Source: Candidatus Heimdallarchaeota archaeon (GTDB lineage: Archaea; Asgardarchaeota; Heimdallarchaeia; Heimdallarchaeales; Heimdallarchaeaceae). Taken from it: a DNA stretch of 64,000 nt. How positions within the stretch are numbered: the first letter of the stretch is position 1; the number at the start of each line of letters is the position of its first letter. A program made the translations under genes and the position numbers. Under the pieces are notes generated by a model. That model was not told the origin of the DNA. It did not search any database and worked only from the letters and a program-made list of their open reading frames with translations. The stretch spans positions 44,399 through 108,398 of the forward strand of contig JAEOTE010000090.1 in assembly GCA_016839945.1 (NCBI GenBank). The letters run 5' to 3'. This document shows positions 10,090 through 20,482 of this stretch, piece after piece.

Positions 10090-10629
10090 GTGTCTAGATA
10101 TTGGAAGGTTAGAAGTATTGTTTTGCTAGCAATGTTGTTTCTTTCACTTTTTTTAGTAAATAATTATTCTTATGCTCAAACAGAGCAGGAGGCTTTAACA
10201 TTAATCAATAATGCTAATGAAAAATTAATAGAAGCCCTTAATCTTCTTGAGGAAATCCCTGTTACAGATTCTGAAGCTAAGCAACTAACATCAGAAATAG
10301 ATTCAGCATTACAACTAATTCAAGAAGCAAAATCAAAAACAATTGAGAATGAGTATAGCGTAGCAATGCAAAGGGCAAGCGAAGCTATTGTAAAACTTGA
10401 TAATGTTATTGAACAATTAGAGGAAGTCGTTAAGAATAATAAGCAGAAAAACACGATTCTCTTTTCATTATTAGGTGTTTTTTTAGCACTGTTGACAGTG
10501 ATTGTTCTTTATTTTTATCTAACAAGAATATATCCTTGGTATAAGATGAAGAAAGTTGAAAATTATGAGAGATTAGAAATAGTTTATGAAAGTGAAGGTG
10601 TGTTAAACAATGGAGAAAAAAAGGATTAG
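10090..10629 (+). CDS. Signal peptide, helical ectodomain and C-terminal TM protein
   Basis: SYA|Q cleavage-like site, amphipathic helices, C-terminal TM; operonic. Confidence 0.7.
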   Translation: MSRYWKVRSIVLLAMLFLSLFLVNNYSYAQTEQEALTLINNANEKLIEALNLLEEIPVTDSEAKQLTSEIDSALQLIQEAKSKTIENEYSVAMQRASEAIVKLDNVIEQLEEVVKNNKQKNTILFSLLGVFLALLTVIVLYFYLTRIYPWYKMKKVENYERLEIVYESEGVLNNGEKKD

Positions 10630-11227
10630 CGAAATAATTTTTAGAAGTACTAATCTAAAGAGATTCATTTCTCTTTTTGTTGTTTCTATAATTATTATTG
10701 TTATTGTTACAATGTTTAGCACTACATTTTTTTCATATTCTAGGGAAGGTTTCTCTGAAATATCCTTATTACAATATAATCAAGCAGAGAGTTTATATGA
10801 AGCTGCCAGACAACCTTATATTCTTTATAAAAATTTCAATTCTACCACTTATTTTATGATCAAAAATTTCGAAAACAAAGTAACCTATTATCAGTTACAG
10901 ATTAAGATAACAAAATTATCTCAAGCTGTAAATTCTGAAACGCCTTTAGCTACAACTGAATGCTATTTAATGTATTTAAACCATACTTATGAAAAAATTC
11001 TGTTTCCAGCAACAAAACAAGAGAAACAGGAAATTAACGCATTTACAGGAAGTTATATTTGGAGTCCAACTAATGTGACTTTATATTTCTCAAGTCAATT
11101 TGAATCATTGCTTTTAGGAGAAAATGGTGTGAAAATCGTTTTTGAAATATGGAGATTCAACACACAAGCAGAAGAATTTTCGTATTCAGGAATTTTCGCT
11201 TTCATGGAATTATTTGTTATAGGCTAG
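10610..11227 (+). CDS. DUF1616 C-terminal-like membrane-anchored protein
   Basis: TM followed by EGFSEISLL, I.NFENK..YY.L.IK, KIVFEIWRFN...F.YSG. Confidence 0.6.
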   Translation: MEKKRISEIIFRSTNLKRFISLFVVSIIIIVIVTMFSTTFFSYSREGFSEISLLQYNQAESLYEAARQPYILYKNFNSTTYFMIKNFENKVTYYQLQIKITKLSQAVNSETPLATTECYLMYLNHTYEKILFPATKQEKQEINAFTGSYIWSPTNVTLYFSSQFESLLLGENGVKIVFEIWRFNTQAEEFSYSGIFAFMELFVIG

Positions 11228-11234
11228 TGTTTCT

Positions 11235-11885
11235 ATGAGTACAAAAATATTGATTCTTTCTGATATTCATAGCCAAAATATTACTTTAATGAATATTCTA
11301 GACAAAGTTCAAAGTTTGTTTAACCCACCTAAAATATGTTTTATAGCCGGTGATATTACTAATTTTGGTTCAATTGAAGATATGAATGAAGTTTTGGATA
11401 TTATCACGAGTTATAATATTCAAACTTTTTTTATACTCGGAAATTGTGACCCAGACATTAATTCAGGGACACTTGATACTTCTGCAAAACATTTAGAATC
11501 TTCAGCAGAAGAAATTAGTTTTTTTACTTTAGTAGGTTTTGGATCTCACAGGCCTCGTATTAACTATAAGCTTCTTCTTGAACTAAAAAGAACAAAAAAG
11601 AGAGTTTGTTTACTTACCCACGCACCACCTTATGGAACAAAAGCAGATTTAATTTCTTTTAACAGACATGGGGGTTCCCATGAAATAAAAAAAATTATAG
11701 AAAAATTCCACAATATTTTCTTAGTAATTTCAGGTCATATACATGAATCTCACACTATTTCTACTTATAAAAAATGCACAATCATCAATCCAGGACCAAT
11801 TACGAGGGGAAATTTCGCCATTATTGAAATAGACGAGGAATTTAAAGTTAAAGGGGACATACACAATATATACGAGATGAAATAA
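11235..11885 (+). CDS. Calcineurin-like metallophosphoesterase
   Basis: SDIH, AGDI, GNCD, THAPP, GHIHE, INPG. Confidence 0.9.
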   Translation: MSTKILILSDIHSQNITLMNILDKVQSLFNPPKICFIAGDITNFGSIEDMNEVLDIITSYNIQTFFILGNCDPDINSGTLDTSAKHLESSAEEISFFTLVGFGSHRPRINYKLLLELKRTKKRVCLLTHAPPYGTKADLISFNRHGGSHEIKKIIEKFHNIFLVISGHIHESHTISTYKKCTIINPGPITRGNFAIIEIDEEFKVKGDIHNIYEMK

Positions 11886-12587
11886 TTGAAGAAGAATTTA
11901 GAGGATTATTTAGAATTTTTTTCAAACTTTCAAGAATTTAACAATATCTTAGTGAAAGCCTATCAGTTTATATTACAACAATTTCTAGTATCTGGAAGTA
12001 AAAAATCACATTCTCTTGAACATACAATTCGAGTTACTTACACTTGCATGAATCTTGGATTTGAACTTAATGCGAAATTAGATATTTTAATTATTGCTGC
12101 ACTCTTTCATGATACGGGTAGACCCTTAGAGGAAGTAACAGGAAGATGTCATGCAGAATTAAGTGCTGAAATCGCAACTGAATTTCTAAAAGAACATTCT
12201 CTCGATGACATGATACCAGAAGTATGTGACATCATCCTCTCGCACAGATTTAGCAAAAAAATCAAACCAACATCAAAAGAAGGTAAAATCCTAAAGGATG
12301 CAGATGCTCTTGATGCATTGGGTGCTATGGGTCTATACCGCACAATAAGCTACAGTGTTGAAAAAAAATACGACCTCGAAAAAGCTCTAGAGCACTTTGA
12401 TGAAAAACTATTCAAATTACCAGAGCTTATGCATTTTCCTTCTACAAAGAATTTAGCGGTAGAAAGATGTAAGATATTGAAGGAATTTATTGAGAAAATA
12501 GAAGAATACAAGAAAAAATCAAATTTTGATTCACTTTTAGAAAAATTACAAAATAAAAATCATAGCGAAAACCAGAATTTTAAATAA
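11886..12587 (+). CDS. HD-domain phosphohydrolase
   Basis: HSLEH..RV, ALFHD.GR, HAE.SA, DAD.LDALGA.G. Confidence 0.9.
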   Translation: MKKNLEDYLEFFSNFQEFNNILVKAYQFILQQFLVSGSKKSHSLEHTIRVTYTCMNLGFELNAKLDILIIAALFHDTGRPLEEVTGRCHAELSAEIATEFLKEHSLDDMIPEVCDIILSHRFSKKIKPTSKEGKILKDADALDALGAMGLYRTISYSVEKKYDLEKALEHFDEKLFKLPELMHFPSTKNLAVERCKILKEFIEKIEEYKKKSNFDSLLEKLQNKNHSENQNFK

Positions 12588-12636
12588 GACTAATGTCTTA
12601 TCTTTTACTTGTGTAATAAATTAAAAGGTGAACCTT

Positions 12637-13332
12637 ATGGCTTCTCTTCATGCAGGCGACATGGTAAAAATAAATTATACTGGAAAAACAAAAGAAGATA
12701 ATGTTGTGTTTGATACTACTTCGGAAAGTATAGCGAAGAAAGAAGATATTTTTGATGAAAAAGTAATATATAGACCTTTCACTCTGATAATTGGAAAAAA
12801 GTGGCTTCCTGAGGGATTGGAGGCGCAGATTGTAGGAATGAAAGAAGGTCAAAACAAAACCATTGAAGTTGAAGCAAAGAAAGGATTTGGTTTAAGAGAT
12901 AGGTCTAAAATAAGATTAATTCAACGAAGAGAATTTCAACGACATCAAATAAAACCAAAAGAAGATACCAAAGTTGAAATAGGAGGGCAAATGGGGAGGA
13001 TCCTTAAGGTATCAAGTAGCAGAGTGAAAGTTGATTTTAATCACGATTTAGCAGGAAACGATTTGGTTTATGATGTTGAAGTTATTAAAAAAATAACTGA
13101 TATCAAGGAACAATTCATTTGTTTGTTAGAAAAAAGACTACCTGGTGTTGATTTTTCATCAACAAAGATTGAACTTAAGGATAAGACCATTATTGTAGAA
13201 CTGCCTAAGGATACTAGATTTATGGAATACATACAATTCATTAGAAATGGTGTAACAAGAGATTTAGGAGATATAACAACCAAATACAATAAAGTGACAT
13301 TTATTGAAGATTATGAAATAGAGAAGAAATAA
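12637..13332 (+). CDS. FKBP-type peptidyl-prolyl isomerase (long archaeal SlyD-like)
   Basis: GD.VKINYTG, VFDTT, VDFNHDLAG..L.Y. Confidence 0.9.
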   Translation: MASLHAGDMVKINYTGKTKEDNVVFDTTSESIAKKEDIFDEKVIYRPFTLIIGKKWLPEGLEAQIVGMKEGQNKTIEVEAKKGFGLRDRSKIRLIQRREFQRHQIKPKEDTKVEIGGQMGRILKVSSSRVKVDFNHDLAGNDLVYDVEVIKKITDIKEQFICLLEKRLPGVDFSSTKIELKDKTIIVELPKDTRFMEYIQFIRNGVTRDLGDITTKYNKVTFIEDYEIEKK

Positions 13333-13348
13333 ACATATCCACTTCTCT

Positions 13349-13780
13349 CTATATTTTTTTAGCTTCTACTAAAACAAGATTATAATCTAAAGGGCAATTC
13401 ACTTTATTCAAAATCTTAAGAATTTTTACTTTTGATTGTTCATTAAAGTTTGAATGAATACAGTATTCATAATTCTCACATAGTATTTCGTTGCATTCCA
13501 ATGGTTTTCTATTAATGATAATGTTGTCCAGATATTTTTGAGTTTCAACGGTGATGATACTATTAGCTTTTTCAACCTCACATACAATCATTACTTGTTC
13601 ATCTATTAAGCAACTATGTTCTTTTGTGCTTATTTTCTTTATCTCATAAGAAACATTATTCTCAAGAGCTTCAACACAAACTTTTCTTAGAGTGCATTTT
13701 GAACATACTTCTGTTCCTCCCATGTGTATGAATGTGTAACCGATTTTTGCGATGTTTTTCTCTAGTAGAGTTATTATCAT
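13349..13780 (-). CDS. UPF0179 family protein
   Basis: IITL.....AK.G..F...G....C..C.L..VC pattern; Cys-rich; adjacent to egsA. Confidence 0.85.
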   Translation of the reverse strand: MIITLLEKNIAKIGYTFIHMGGTEVCSKCTLRKVCVEALENNVSYEIKKISTKEHSCLIDEQVMIVCEVEKANSIITVETQKYLDNIIINRKPLECNEILCENYEYCIHSNFNEQSKVKILKILNKVNCPLDYNLVLVEAKKI

Positions 13781-13828
13781 TTCAAAGGAACTTTACAGAA
13801 ATTGTTTTTTAATATTGGGAAACATAAC

Positions 13829-14896
13829 TCAATTTATTACATTAGTTTTTACTGCTACATTTACTGCGGCTTCATGTGTTAGTCCATCTTTTCCTAGAAT
13901 TGTAAACCTTTCTGGTCTTATTGTGTGAGCTATTTTTAATGCGTCTATGACTTCTTCATCTTTTAACCCGGCTTTCTTTGCTGTAGTTGGTATTCCTATG
14001 GTGTTCATTACTGATTGAATATTCTCCCAATCAAGCTCATGGAGGAAAGCCATTAGTATAGTACCTATTGCACATTGCTCCCCATGTAAAGCTGGAGTTT
14101 CTGCTATAGAATCTAGTGCGTGACTAAACATATGTTCAGAACCGCTCCCAGGTCTAGAAGATCCTGCAACACACATAGCTAAGGAGCTACCAATTAATGA
14201 GTTCATTACAATACGACTATAACCTTCTGAATGACTTTTAATTGAATTTGCATTTTCAGAAACTAGTTTAACTGTCATTTCAGAGAGAGCGACTGAAGTT
14301 GGTGATATTGGCTCGTTTCTGATTCTGTGCGACAACATCCAGTCCTTAAGTGATGTTTTTTTAGCAAGAATATCTCCACATCCTGCACAAGTATAACGAT
14401 AAGGTGAACTATCAAGAATCTTTGTGTCAGCTACGACTGCAATAGGAGGTCTAGCTTGGATTGAATGTCTTTCATCAATCCCTTTCAGTGATGCCCTTGA
14501 ACTTGCAATTCCATCATGACTTGCAATTGTTGGTATCGAAATAAATCTTTGATTAGCTTTAAACGACGTTAATTTTGCTACATCAATTGGTTTTCCTCCA
14601 CCTAAACCAATAACAAAATTATTACTTGTTTCTCTTAAAACAGACAGTTGTTTGTCAACTTCATCTAATGTACTATCTTCAATAATTGATATAGTTGTTT
14701 CAATTTTCCCTTCTTCCAATATTGCTTTGATTTGTTTTCCATATTTGTTTTCCACAAATTTGTCTGTAATTAAGAGACATTTATCTCCCAATGTCAGTCT
14801 TTCAATAATTTCAGGGAGGCTTAAAAACATATTAGTGCCAAGAGATAACATTTGTGGCATTTCTATATGTTTAAACTCGTTTATTACACCATACAT
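13829..14896 (-). CDS. egsA: Glycerol-1-phosphate dehydrogenase
   Basis: GGGKPIDVAK, PTIASHDGIAS, SRPGSGSEHMFSHALD, LHGEQ, AHTIRPERFTILG. Confidence 0.95.
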   Translation of the reverse strand: MYGVINEFKHIEMPQMLSLGTNMFLSLPEIIERLTLGDKCLLITDKFVENKYGKQIKAILEEGKIETTISIIEDSTLDEVDKQLSVLRETSNNFVIGLGGGKPIDVAKLTSFKANQRFISIPTIASHDGIASSRASLKGIDERHSIQARPPIAVVADTKILDSSPYRYTCAGCGDILAKKTSLKDWMLSHRIRNEPISPTSVALSEMTVKLVSENANSIKSHSEGYSRIVMNSLIGSSLAMCVAGSSRPGSGSEHMFSHALDSIAETPALHGEQCAIGTILMAFLHELDWENIQSVMNTIGIPTTAKKAGLKDEEVIDALKIAHTIRPERFTILGKDGLTHEAAVNVAVKTNVIN

Positions 14897-15025
14897 TTCA
14901 ATATCCTTTATAATCTAAATTAGCTTATATTAAAGGGATTCTATCTTTTTTTATCATAAATCATTTGTTGATAGAAACAAATGTTTAAGAAATTGGAATG
15001 AATTTTCTTGAATTGGAGCGATTTT

Positions 15026-15910
15026 ATGACAAAATATGCAATCATAATTGATTCAACATCAGATATTCCTCAGAAACTTGTAGATGAATACAGACTATAT
15101 ACTATTCCTGTCTATATTATTTTTCCTGATACTGATGAAGCTCTAAAAGATAAAATAGAAATATCAAGAGAACAATACTTCGAAAGATTAGAACAAGCAA
15201 AAAAGCATCCTTTTACAACTCAACCAAGTCCAAATGAGTTTCTTACTTTGTACAATAAATTAGAGAAGGAGGGTATCAAAGAAATCTTGTATATTCCATT
15301 CTCCTCAAAGCTATCTGGATTGTATAATAATGCTCATTTAGCTAAGAAGATTTATTTGAAAGAAGGAGGAAAATCAGAAGTTGAAATACATGATTCCAAG
15401 CAGAGCTCAATGGGAGTTGGAATACAAGCTTTGAAAGCTGTGAATTTATTTCAACAAGGTTTGAATCTAAAAGAAGTTGTAGAAAAGCTAGAGCATTTTA
15501 GAGAAAATCAACTTAAATCCACACTTGTTGTTGCAACTTTAAAATATCTAATGAAAGGGGGAAGAATTAGTAAGATACAATATGCTATTGGATCAGTTTT
15601 AAGTTTAACACCTTGTCTAGAAGGAACTTCTGAAGGATTACTTGTCGCATTTGATAGAACTAAGAATTACAAAGATGGCATTAAGAGAGTAATAGATAGA
15701 GCATTTGAGGAAATCAAAGAAAAAGAAGATTTAGCTGTGTATATAATTGAGGGTAAAGCTGAAAAAGGAGTAAAAATAGCAAAAACGTATTTTCAAGAGA
15801 AATATCCAGATATTGAGTTACTTGGGGAGTTACCATTAGGTGCAGCTATTTATACTCATACAGGACCTGGAGTGGTAGCATTTATTTTATTCAAGAATTT
15901 CGATTTCTAA
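15026..15910 (+). CDS. DegV family fatty-acid-binding protein (FakB-like)
   Basis: IIDSTSDIP, TTQPSP, SSKLSG.Y, DSKQ.S.G.G, YL.KGGRI, THTGPG. Confidence 0.92.
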   Translation: MTKYAIIIDSTSDIPQKLVDEYRLYTIPVYIIFPDTDEALKDKIEISREQYFERLEQAKKHPFTTQPSPNEFLTLYNKLEKEGIKEILYIPFSSKLSGLYNNAHLAKKIYLKEGGKSEVEIHDSKQSSMGVGIQALKAVNLFQQGLNLKEVVEKLEHFRENQLKSTLVVATLKYLMKGGRISKIQYAIGSVLSLTPCLEGTSEGLLVAFDRTKNYKDGIKRVIDRAFEEIKEKEDLAVYIIEGKAEKGVKIAKTYFQEKYPDIELLGELPLGAAIYTHTGPGVVAFILFKNFDF

Positions 15911-15965
15911 AATCAGATTCATAATTAAGTGAACAACATAAAACATAAAAAAAGAGGAAGAAGAT

Positions 15966-16820
15966 CTATTTCTTCTTAGGAAACCAAGGAATTAATGCTT
16001 TTGTTTTTTGCTTGTAATTTTGATATTCCTTATTATCTTCAAATCTCTTCTCTGCTAAGGGTAGTCCTGTTACATAGATTAAAAGCAATGCAATAATAAT
16101 AGGTCCAATAATCGATGCGAAATTCCAAGCTTTAAATTCATATAGAGCTATGAAAAACAAACCAAACCACATAGTTATCTCACCGAAATAATTTGGGTGA
16201 CGAGTATATTTCCAAAGTCCTTTTGTCATTACTTTACCCTTATTTTCTGATTTTTTCTTGAACAAGTGCATTTGTAAATCTGCAAAAAACTCAAAGAAAA
16301 AGCCAATTGACCAAATACCAATTCCTATATAATCAAGTACCCATAGAGGTCTAGCATTAGAAGTATTTGCAGTAACAACAAGCACAGGTAATCCTATAAG
16401 AATTACGAGGATAACTTGTGACAAATAAATCTGAAGAAAGCCTCTCCACCAAATAGATTTACCCCATTCATCACGGTAAATTTTAAATCGTCTATCTTCA
16501 CCAGTTTCTTCATCTTTTCCGAATTTCCTTAAAGTAAGAAACACAGCTATTCGAATGCCCCATAGAATTACTAGTCCTGTAATCAGAATCTTTCTTTCTA
16601 AGAGAAAATTACTCCCACTTGCTATCCATGACACAATAGCAGCTAAAATAAAACCTGCTCCATATGCTATATCAACTGTATTGAAACTTTTTTGATACAA
16701 GCCTATGAAGTAGAATATAAAGAATAATCCAAATACAGCAAGTAAACTCCATAAAATCGGAATAATCATAAATATCAACTTCACTTGATAGATTTGTTTA
16801 TTTATTTTTGGTTTTGTCAA
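15966..16820 (-). CDS. DUF1295 membrane protein (steroid 5-alpha-reductase-like superfamily)
   Basis: VDIAYG, WGIR, ED.RF...R, AD.Q...FK, GLWKYTRHPNYFGE, IPWFP. Confidence 0.9.
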   Translation of the reverse strand: MTKPKINKQIYQVKLIFMIIPILWSLLAVFGLFFIFYFIGLYQKSFNTVDIAYGAGFILAAIVSWIASGSNFLLERKILITGLVILWGIRIAVFLTLRKFGKDEETGEDRRFKIYRDEWGKSIWWRGFLQIYLSQVILVILIGLPVLVVTANTSNARPLWVLDYIGIGIWSIGFFFEFFADLQMHLFKKKSENKGKVMTKGLWKYTRHPNYFGEITMWFGLFFIALYEFKAWNFASIIGPIIIALLLIYVTGLPLAEKRFEDNKEYQNYKQKTKALIPWFPKKK

Positions 16821-16873
16821 AAATACGAAAATAGCGTAATGATTATTATTACTGTAATTTATTACATTTTAGA

Positions 16874-17839
16874 ATGAAGCCAATCCAACCCAGTGCTAGT
16901 GTTTATAACCTTGGAGAAAAATATGGTTATCTCCCTTATATGATTGATAGATATATTGAGATATTTGGAGAGGAGGAAACCACAAAGTTGCTTCATTTCT
17001 ATGAATCAGAACTACCTAAAATAATTAGATTAAACTCTTTAAGATCGCCATATTCTAAAACCGTGGAATTACTTACAAATAAGGGGGTAGAACTAAAAGA
17101 CATACTAGGCATTGAAGAAGGAAAGGAAGTTGTAAGTTCTCTAGTTCCTATTGGAGCAACTCCTGAATACCTAAATGGTTACTATTTTTTGCAAGGAAAA
17201 AACTCAATGTACCCTTCTCTAGTACTCAATCCCAAGAAACAGGAACTTGTAGGTGATTTTGCTGCAGCTCCAGGAGGAAAAACTACTCATCTAGCTCAAT
17301 TGATGGAAAATGAGGGAAATATTTTTGCTTTAGAATTAAGCTTGAAAAGATGTAGAAGCCTCAAAGCAAATCTTTCTCGTATGGGAGTTAAAAATACTAC
17401 CGTTTTTCAAATGGATACAAGGGAAGTAACAACCCTTGGTATAGAGTTTGATAAAATTCTTTTAGATGCGCCTTGTTCGGGATCAGGGGTAATTAGTTCA
17501 GATTATACAAGAAAATCTTCTAAAACGCTAGATGACATAATGAATTACCATGAGTATCAAACATCTCTTTTATCTAGTTCTTTAGAAGTACTGAAAACAA
17601 ATGGAAAGCTTGTTTATTGTACCTGTTCGCTTGAGCCTGAAGAAAATGAGTTTGTTATTTCTAGAGTTTTGGATAAATGTGATATTGAATTGGTAGAGAT
17701 TAATATCGACGGAGATAGAGGATTAGAAAAATTCCTACAATATGAATTCCATGAAGATATAGTAAAAACAAAAAGGCTCTATCCTCACAAGACTGGTGGA
17801 GAGGGGTTCTTTATAGCAAAAATGGTGAAAAATAGATGA
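16874..17839 (+). CDS. NOL1/NOP2/Sun m5C RNA methyltransferase
   Basis: IGATPEYL.G, AAAPGGKT, LLDAPCSG, YCTCS..PEENE, GFFIAK. Confidence 0.93.
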   Translation: MKPIQPSASVYNLGEKYGYLPYMIDRYIEIFGEEETTKLLHFYESELPKIIRLNSLRSPYSKTVELLTNKGVELKDILGIEEGKEVVSSLVPIGATPEYLNGYYFLQGKNSMYPSLVLNPKKQELVGDFAAAPGGKTTHLAQLMENEGNIFALELSLKRCRSLKANLSRMGVKNTTVFQMDTREVTTLGIEFDKILLDAPCSGSGVISSDYTRKSSKTLDDIMNYHEYQTSLLSSSLEVLKTNGKLVYCTCSLEPEENEFVISRVLDKCDIELVEINIDGDRGLEKFLQYEFHEDIVKTKRLYPHKTGGEGFFIAKMVKNR

Positions 17840-18384
17840 AAAGAACTTATCCAGTCTTTCGTAAATCATCTAACGAAGAAGAAAAGCTTGTTAAGGAAAC
17901 TTTTGATTATTTTCTTGACAAAGAATCCACCAATCCACTTGATAACTACCATTTATGGACCAAGGAAGGAAAAATAAAAGAGATATATGCAATCCCTGAA
18001 GAAACAAACAAATTATTGCAGAACATGAACAAACCTATTTATTCATCTGGAATCCCATTGGGAAGTATCTTTCAAAATAAATTTCAATTAGAAATTGAAG
18101 GCGCTCATCTAATATTGCCACTCACTAACAAAATCATAGAAATTAAAACAGAACAATTTCTTTATGGAAAACCTATTTTTGTTGAAAATATAGAAAACTT
18201 CGAAACAAGCTTTGAAGAGGGAGATCTATTAATAATTGTGGGTAGAAACAAGCTTCATTATGGTATCGGCATCTCTAGAATTAGTTCGAAAAACATACAA
18301 GATGCTAAAAGAAATGCGATTTTAATTAAGGAATTTGAAAAGAAACCAAGAGACAGAGGATGGTACCTGAGATACGGAAATTAA
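17836..18384 (+). CDS. Nip7-like PUA-domain ribosome biogenesis protein
   Basis: EQFLYGK, C-terminal DRGWYLR; ATGA overlap with the Nop2-like gene. Confidence 0.75.
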   Translation: MKRTYPVFRKSSNEEEKLVKETFDYFLDKESTNPLDNYHLWTKEGKIKEIYAIPEETNKLLQNMNKPIYSSGIPLGSIFQNKFQLEIEGAHLILPLTNKIIEIKTEQFLYGKPIFVENIENFETSFEEGDLLIIVGRNKLHYGIGISRISSKNIQDAKRNAILIKEFEKKPRDRGWYLRYGN

Positions 18385-18559
18385 TGATAAAGTTTCTCTA
18401 AATATATTCATTTATTACTAAAGTTGATTATTTAGTGAAAACAAGAGATAACAAAAAATATTTAAATATAGTTTGAAGCGTTAATTTAGTTTTATCAACG
18501 TTATTTACAAATATGAGGCTTCATTCTGTTGCATATTTGTTCTATGATAAAAATAAGGG

Positions 18560-20479
18560 TTGGACATATTGAGCTATAAAGAAGTATTAGAGCAGATTTC
18601 CGCAGACATACATGAAGAATTACCTGATAATTCCGAGATAAGTAGAATCGAATTTGAAGGTCCTGAAGTTGCAGTTTATTCACGAAATCCAAAAGTTTTA
18701 GTTGATGATGAAACAATAATCAAAGAACTTGCAAAGAAATTAAGAAAAAGAATTGTTATTAGATCAGATCCAGATGTAAGACTCCCAAAAGACCAAACAA
18801 TATATCTAATAAACGAACTAGTAGGGAAGGAAGGAGAAATTACTACAATAGATTTTGATGAGCTAGTTGGTGAAGTTGTAATTGAAGCACTTAAACCTGG
18901 TGTCATTATTGGAAAATCTGGTGATATGTTAAGATCGATTATTTCAAAGACTCTTTGGCGACCTCGAGTAATGAGAACACCACCAATTGAATCAAAAGTG
19001 ATAAAAACTATTAGACATCTCTATCAGAAACATTCAAAGAAAAGGCAAGATATACTTCGAGTTATTGGAAAACGTATTCATAGACCTGTTATTTACAGAG
19101 ATGACACAATAAGAGTAACAGCTTTGGGAGGTTTTGCTGAAGTAGGTAGGAGCGCTGCTCTAGTTCAAACTGGAGAGAGTAGAGTTCTAGTAGATTGCGG
19201 AATCAATGTAGGAAGCAATACACCAAACAACACTTTTCCAAGGTTTGATTTACCTGAATTTGACATAGAAGAATTGGATGCAGTGGTGGTTTCCCATGCA
19301 CATTTAGATCATTCGGGTTTTGTTCCATATCTCTTTAAATATGGTTACAAAGGCGCAATTTATGCCACACGACCAACAAGAGATTTAATGACAATGTTAC
19401 AAATTGATTATTTGGATGTAGCTAACAAAGAAGGAAAAACTCTTCCTTATGAACAAGATGACATTCGTGAATCTGTATTGCATACAATTGTTTTAGATTA
19501 TGGTGAAGTCACAGATATCACACCAGACATAAGATTAACTTTTCATAACGCAGGACATATAGTTGGAAGTGCAATTCCACACCTTCATATAGGTGAGGGG
19601 ATCTATAATCTTGCGTTTGCTCAAGACATAAAATATGCAAAATCAAATCTTTTAGATCCTGCTAATTCAAGATTTCCAAGACTAGAAACTCTTTTCATTG
19701 AATCTACATATGGAAAACCTCAAGACATTCTTCCCTCTAGAGCTGAATGTGAAGATTTACTAAGAAACGTAGTATTCGACACGATACAAAAAGGAGGGAA
19801 GGTTCTAATTCCAGTATTAGCAGTGGGAAGAGCTCAAGAGGTATTAGTAATTTTGGAAGGGATGATGAGAAATGGAAAAATACCAAACATTCCAATATAT
19901 ACAGATGGGATGATTAGAGAAGCTTCTGCAATAACAACTGCTCATCCTGAATTCTTATCAAAGAATCAGAGGGAAAGAATTTTTCACGAAGGTCAAAACC
20001 CTTTCCTTGCAGAACAAATAAATCAAGTTGCATCATCTGAAGAAAGAGATTTGATAATTCAAGGAGATCCAGCAATAATACTTGCGACTAGTGGAATGCT
20101 TAATGGAGGACCAAGTGTTCTTTACTTCAAAGCATTATGTCAAGATCCAAACAACTCTTTGATTTTTGTGAGTTATCAAGGAAAAGGTACTTTAGGAAGT
20201 AAAATCCAAAAAGGCATAACTGAAATTCAAATGGTTGAAGAAAGAAAAACAGTAATGTACCATATTGCTATGGGGGTTCATAGTATCTCTGGTTTTACAG
20301 GACACAGTGATAGAAGGGAGTTAGAAAATTATATAAACAAAGTAATACCAAAGCCTGAAAGAGTTGTAGTAATACATGGTGAGGAAAGCAAAGTCAAAAA
20401 ATTTGCATCTTGGGTTTACAAAACTACAAAAATAGAAAGTCTTGCTCCTCCAAATGGTACAACAATAAGATTAAGATAA
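18560..20479 (+). CDS. fttA: aCPSF1/FttA beta-CASP ribonuclease (transcription termination factor)
   Basis: N-terminal KH (IEFEGPEV), LGGF.EVGRS, SHAHLDH, AGHI.GS, ESTYG, AVGRAQE, GHSDR, HGE. Confidence 0.95.
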   Translation: MDILSYKEVLEQISADIHEELPDNSEISRIEFEGPEVAVYSRNPKVLVDDETIIKELAKKLRKRIVIRSDPDVRLPKDQTIYLINELVGKEGEITTIDFDELVGEVVIEALKPGVIIGKSGDMLRSIISKTLWRPRVMRTPPIESKVIKTIRHLYQKHSKKRQDILRVIGKRIHRPVIYRDDTIRVTALGGFAEVGRSAALVQTGESRVLVDCGINVGSNTPNNTFPRFDLPEFDIEELDAVVVSHAHLDHSGFVPYLFKYGYKGAIYATRPTRDLMTMLQIDYLDVANKEGKTLPYEQDDIRESVLHTIVLDYGEVTDITPDIRLTFHNAGHIVGSAIPHLHIGEGIYNLAFAQDIKYAKSNLLDPANSRFPRLETLFIESTYGKPQDILPSRAECEDLLRNVVFDTIQKGGKVLIPVLAVGRAQEVLVILEGMMRNGKIPNIPIYTDGMIREASAITTAHPEFLSKNQRERIFHEGQNPFLAEQINQVASSEERDLIIQGDPAIILATSGMLNGGPSVLYFKALCQDPNNSLIFVSYQGKGTLGSKIQKGITEIQMVEERKTVMYHIAMGVHSISGFTGHSDRRELENYINKVIPKPERVVVIHGEESKVKKFASWVYKTTKIESLAPPNGTTIRLR

Positions 20480-20482
20480 GAA

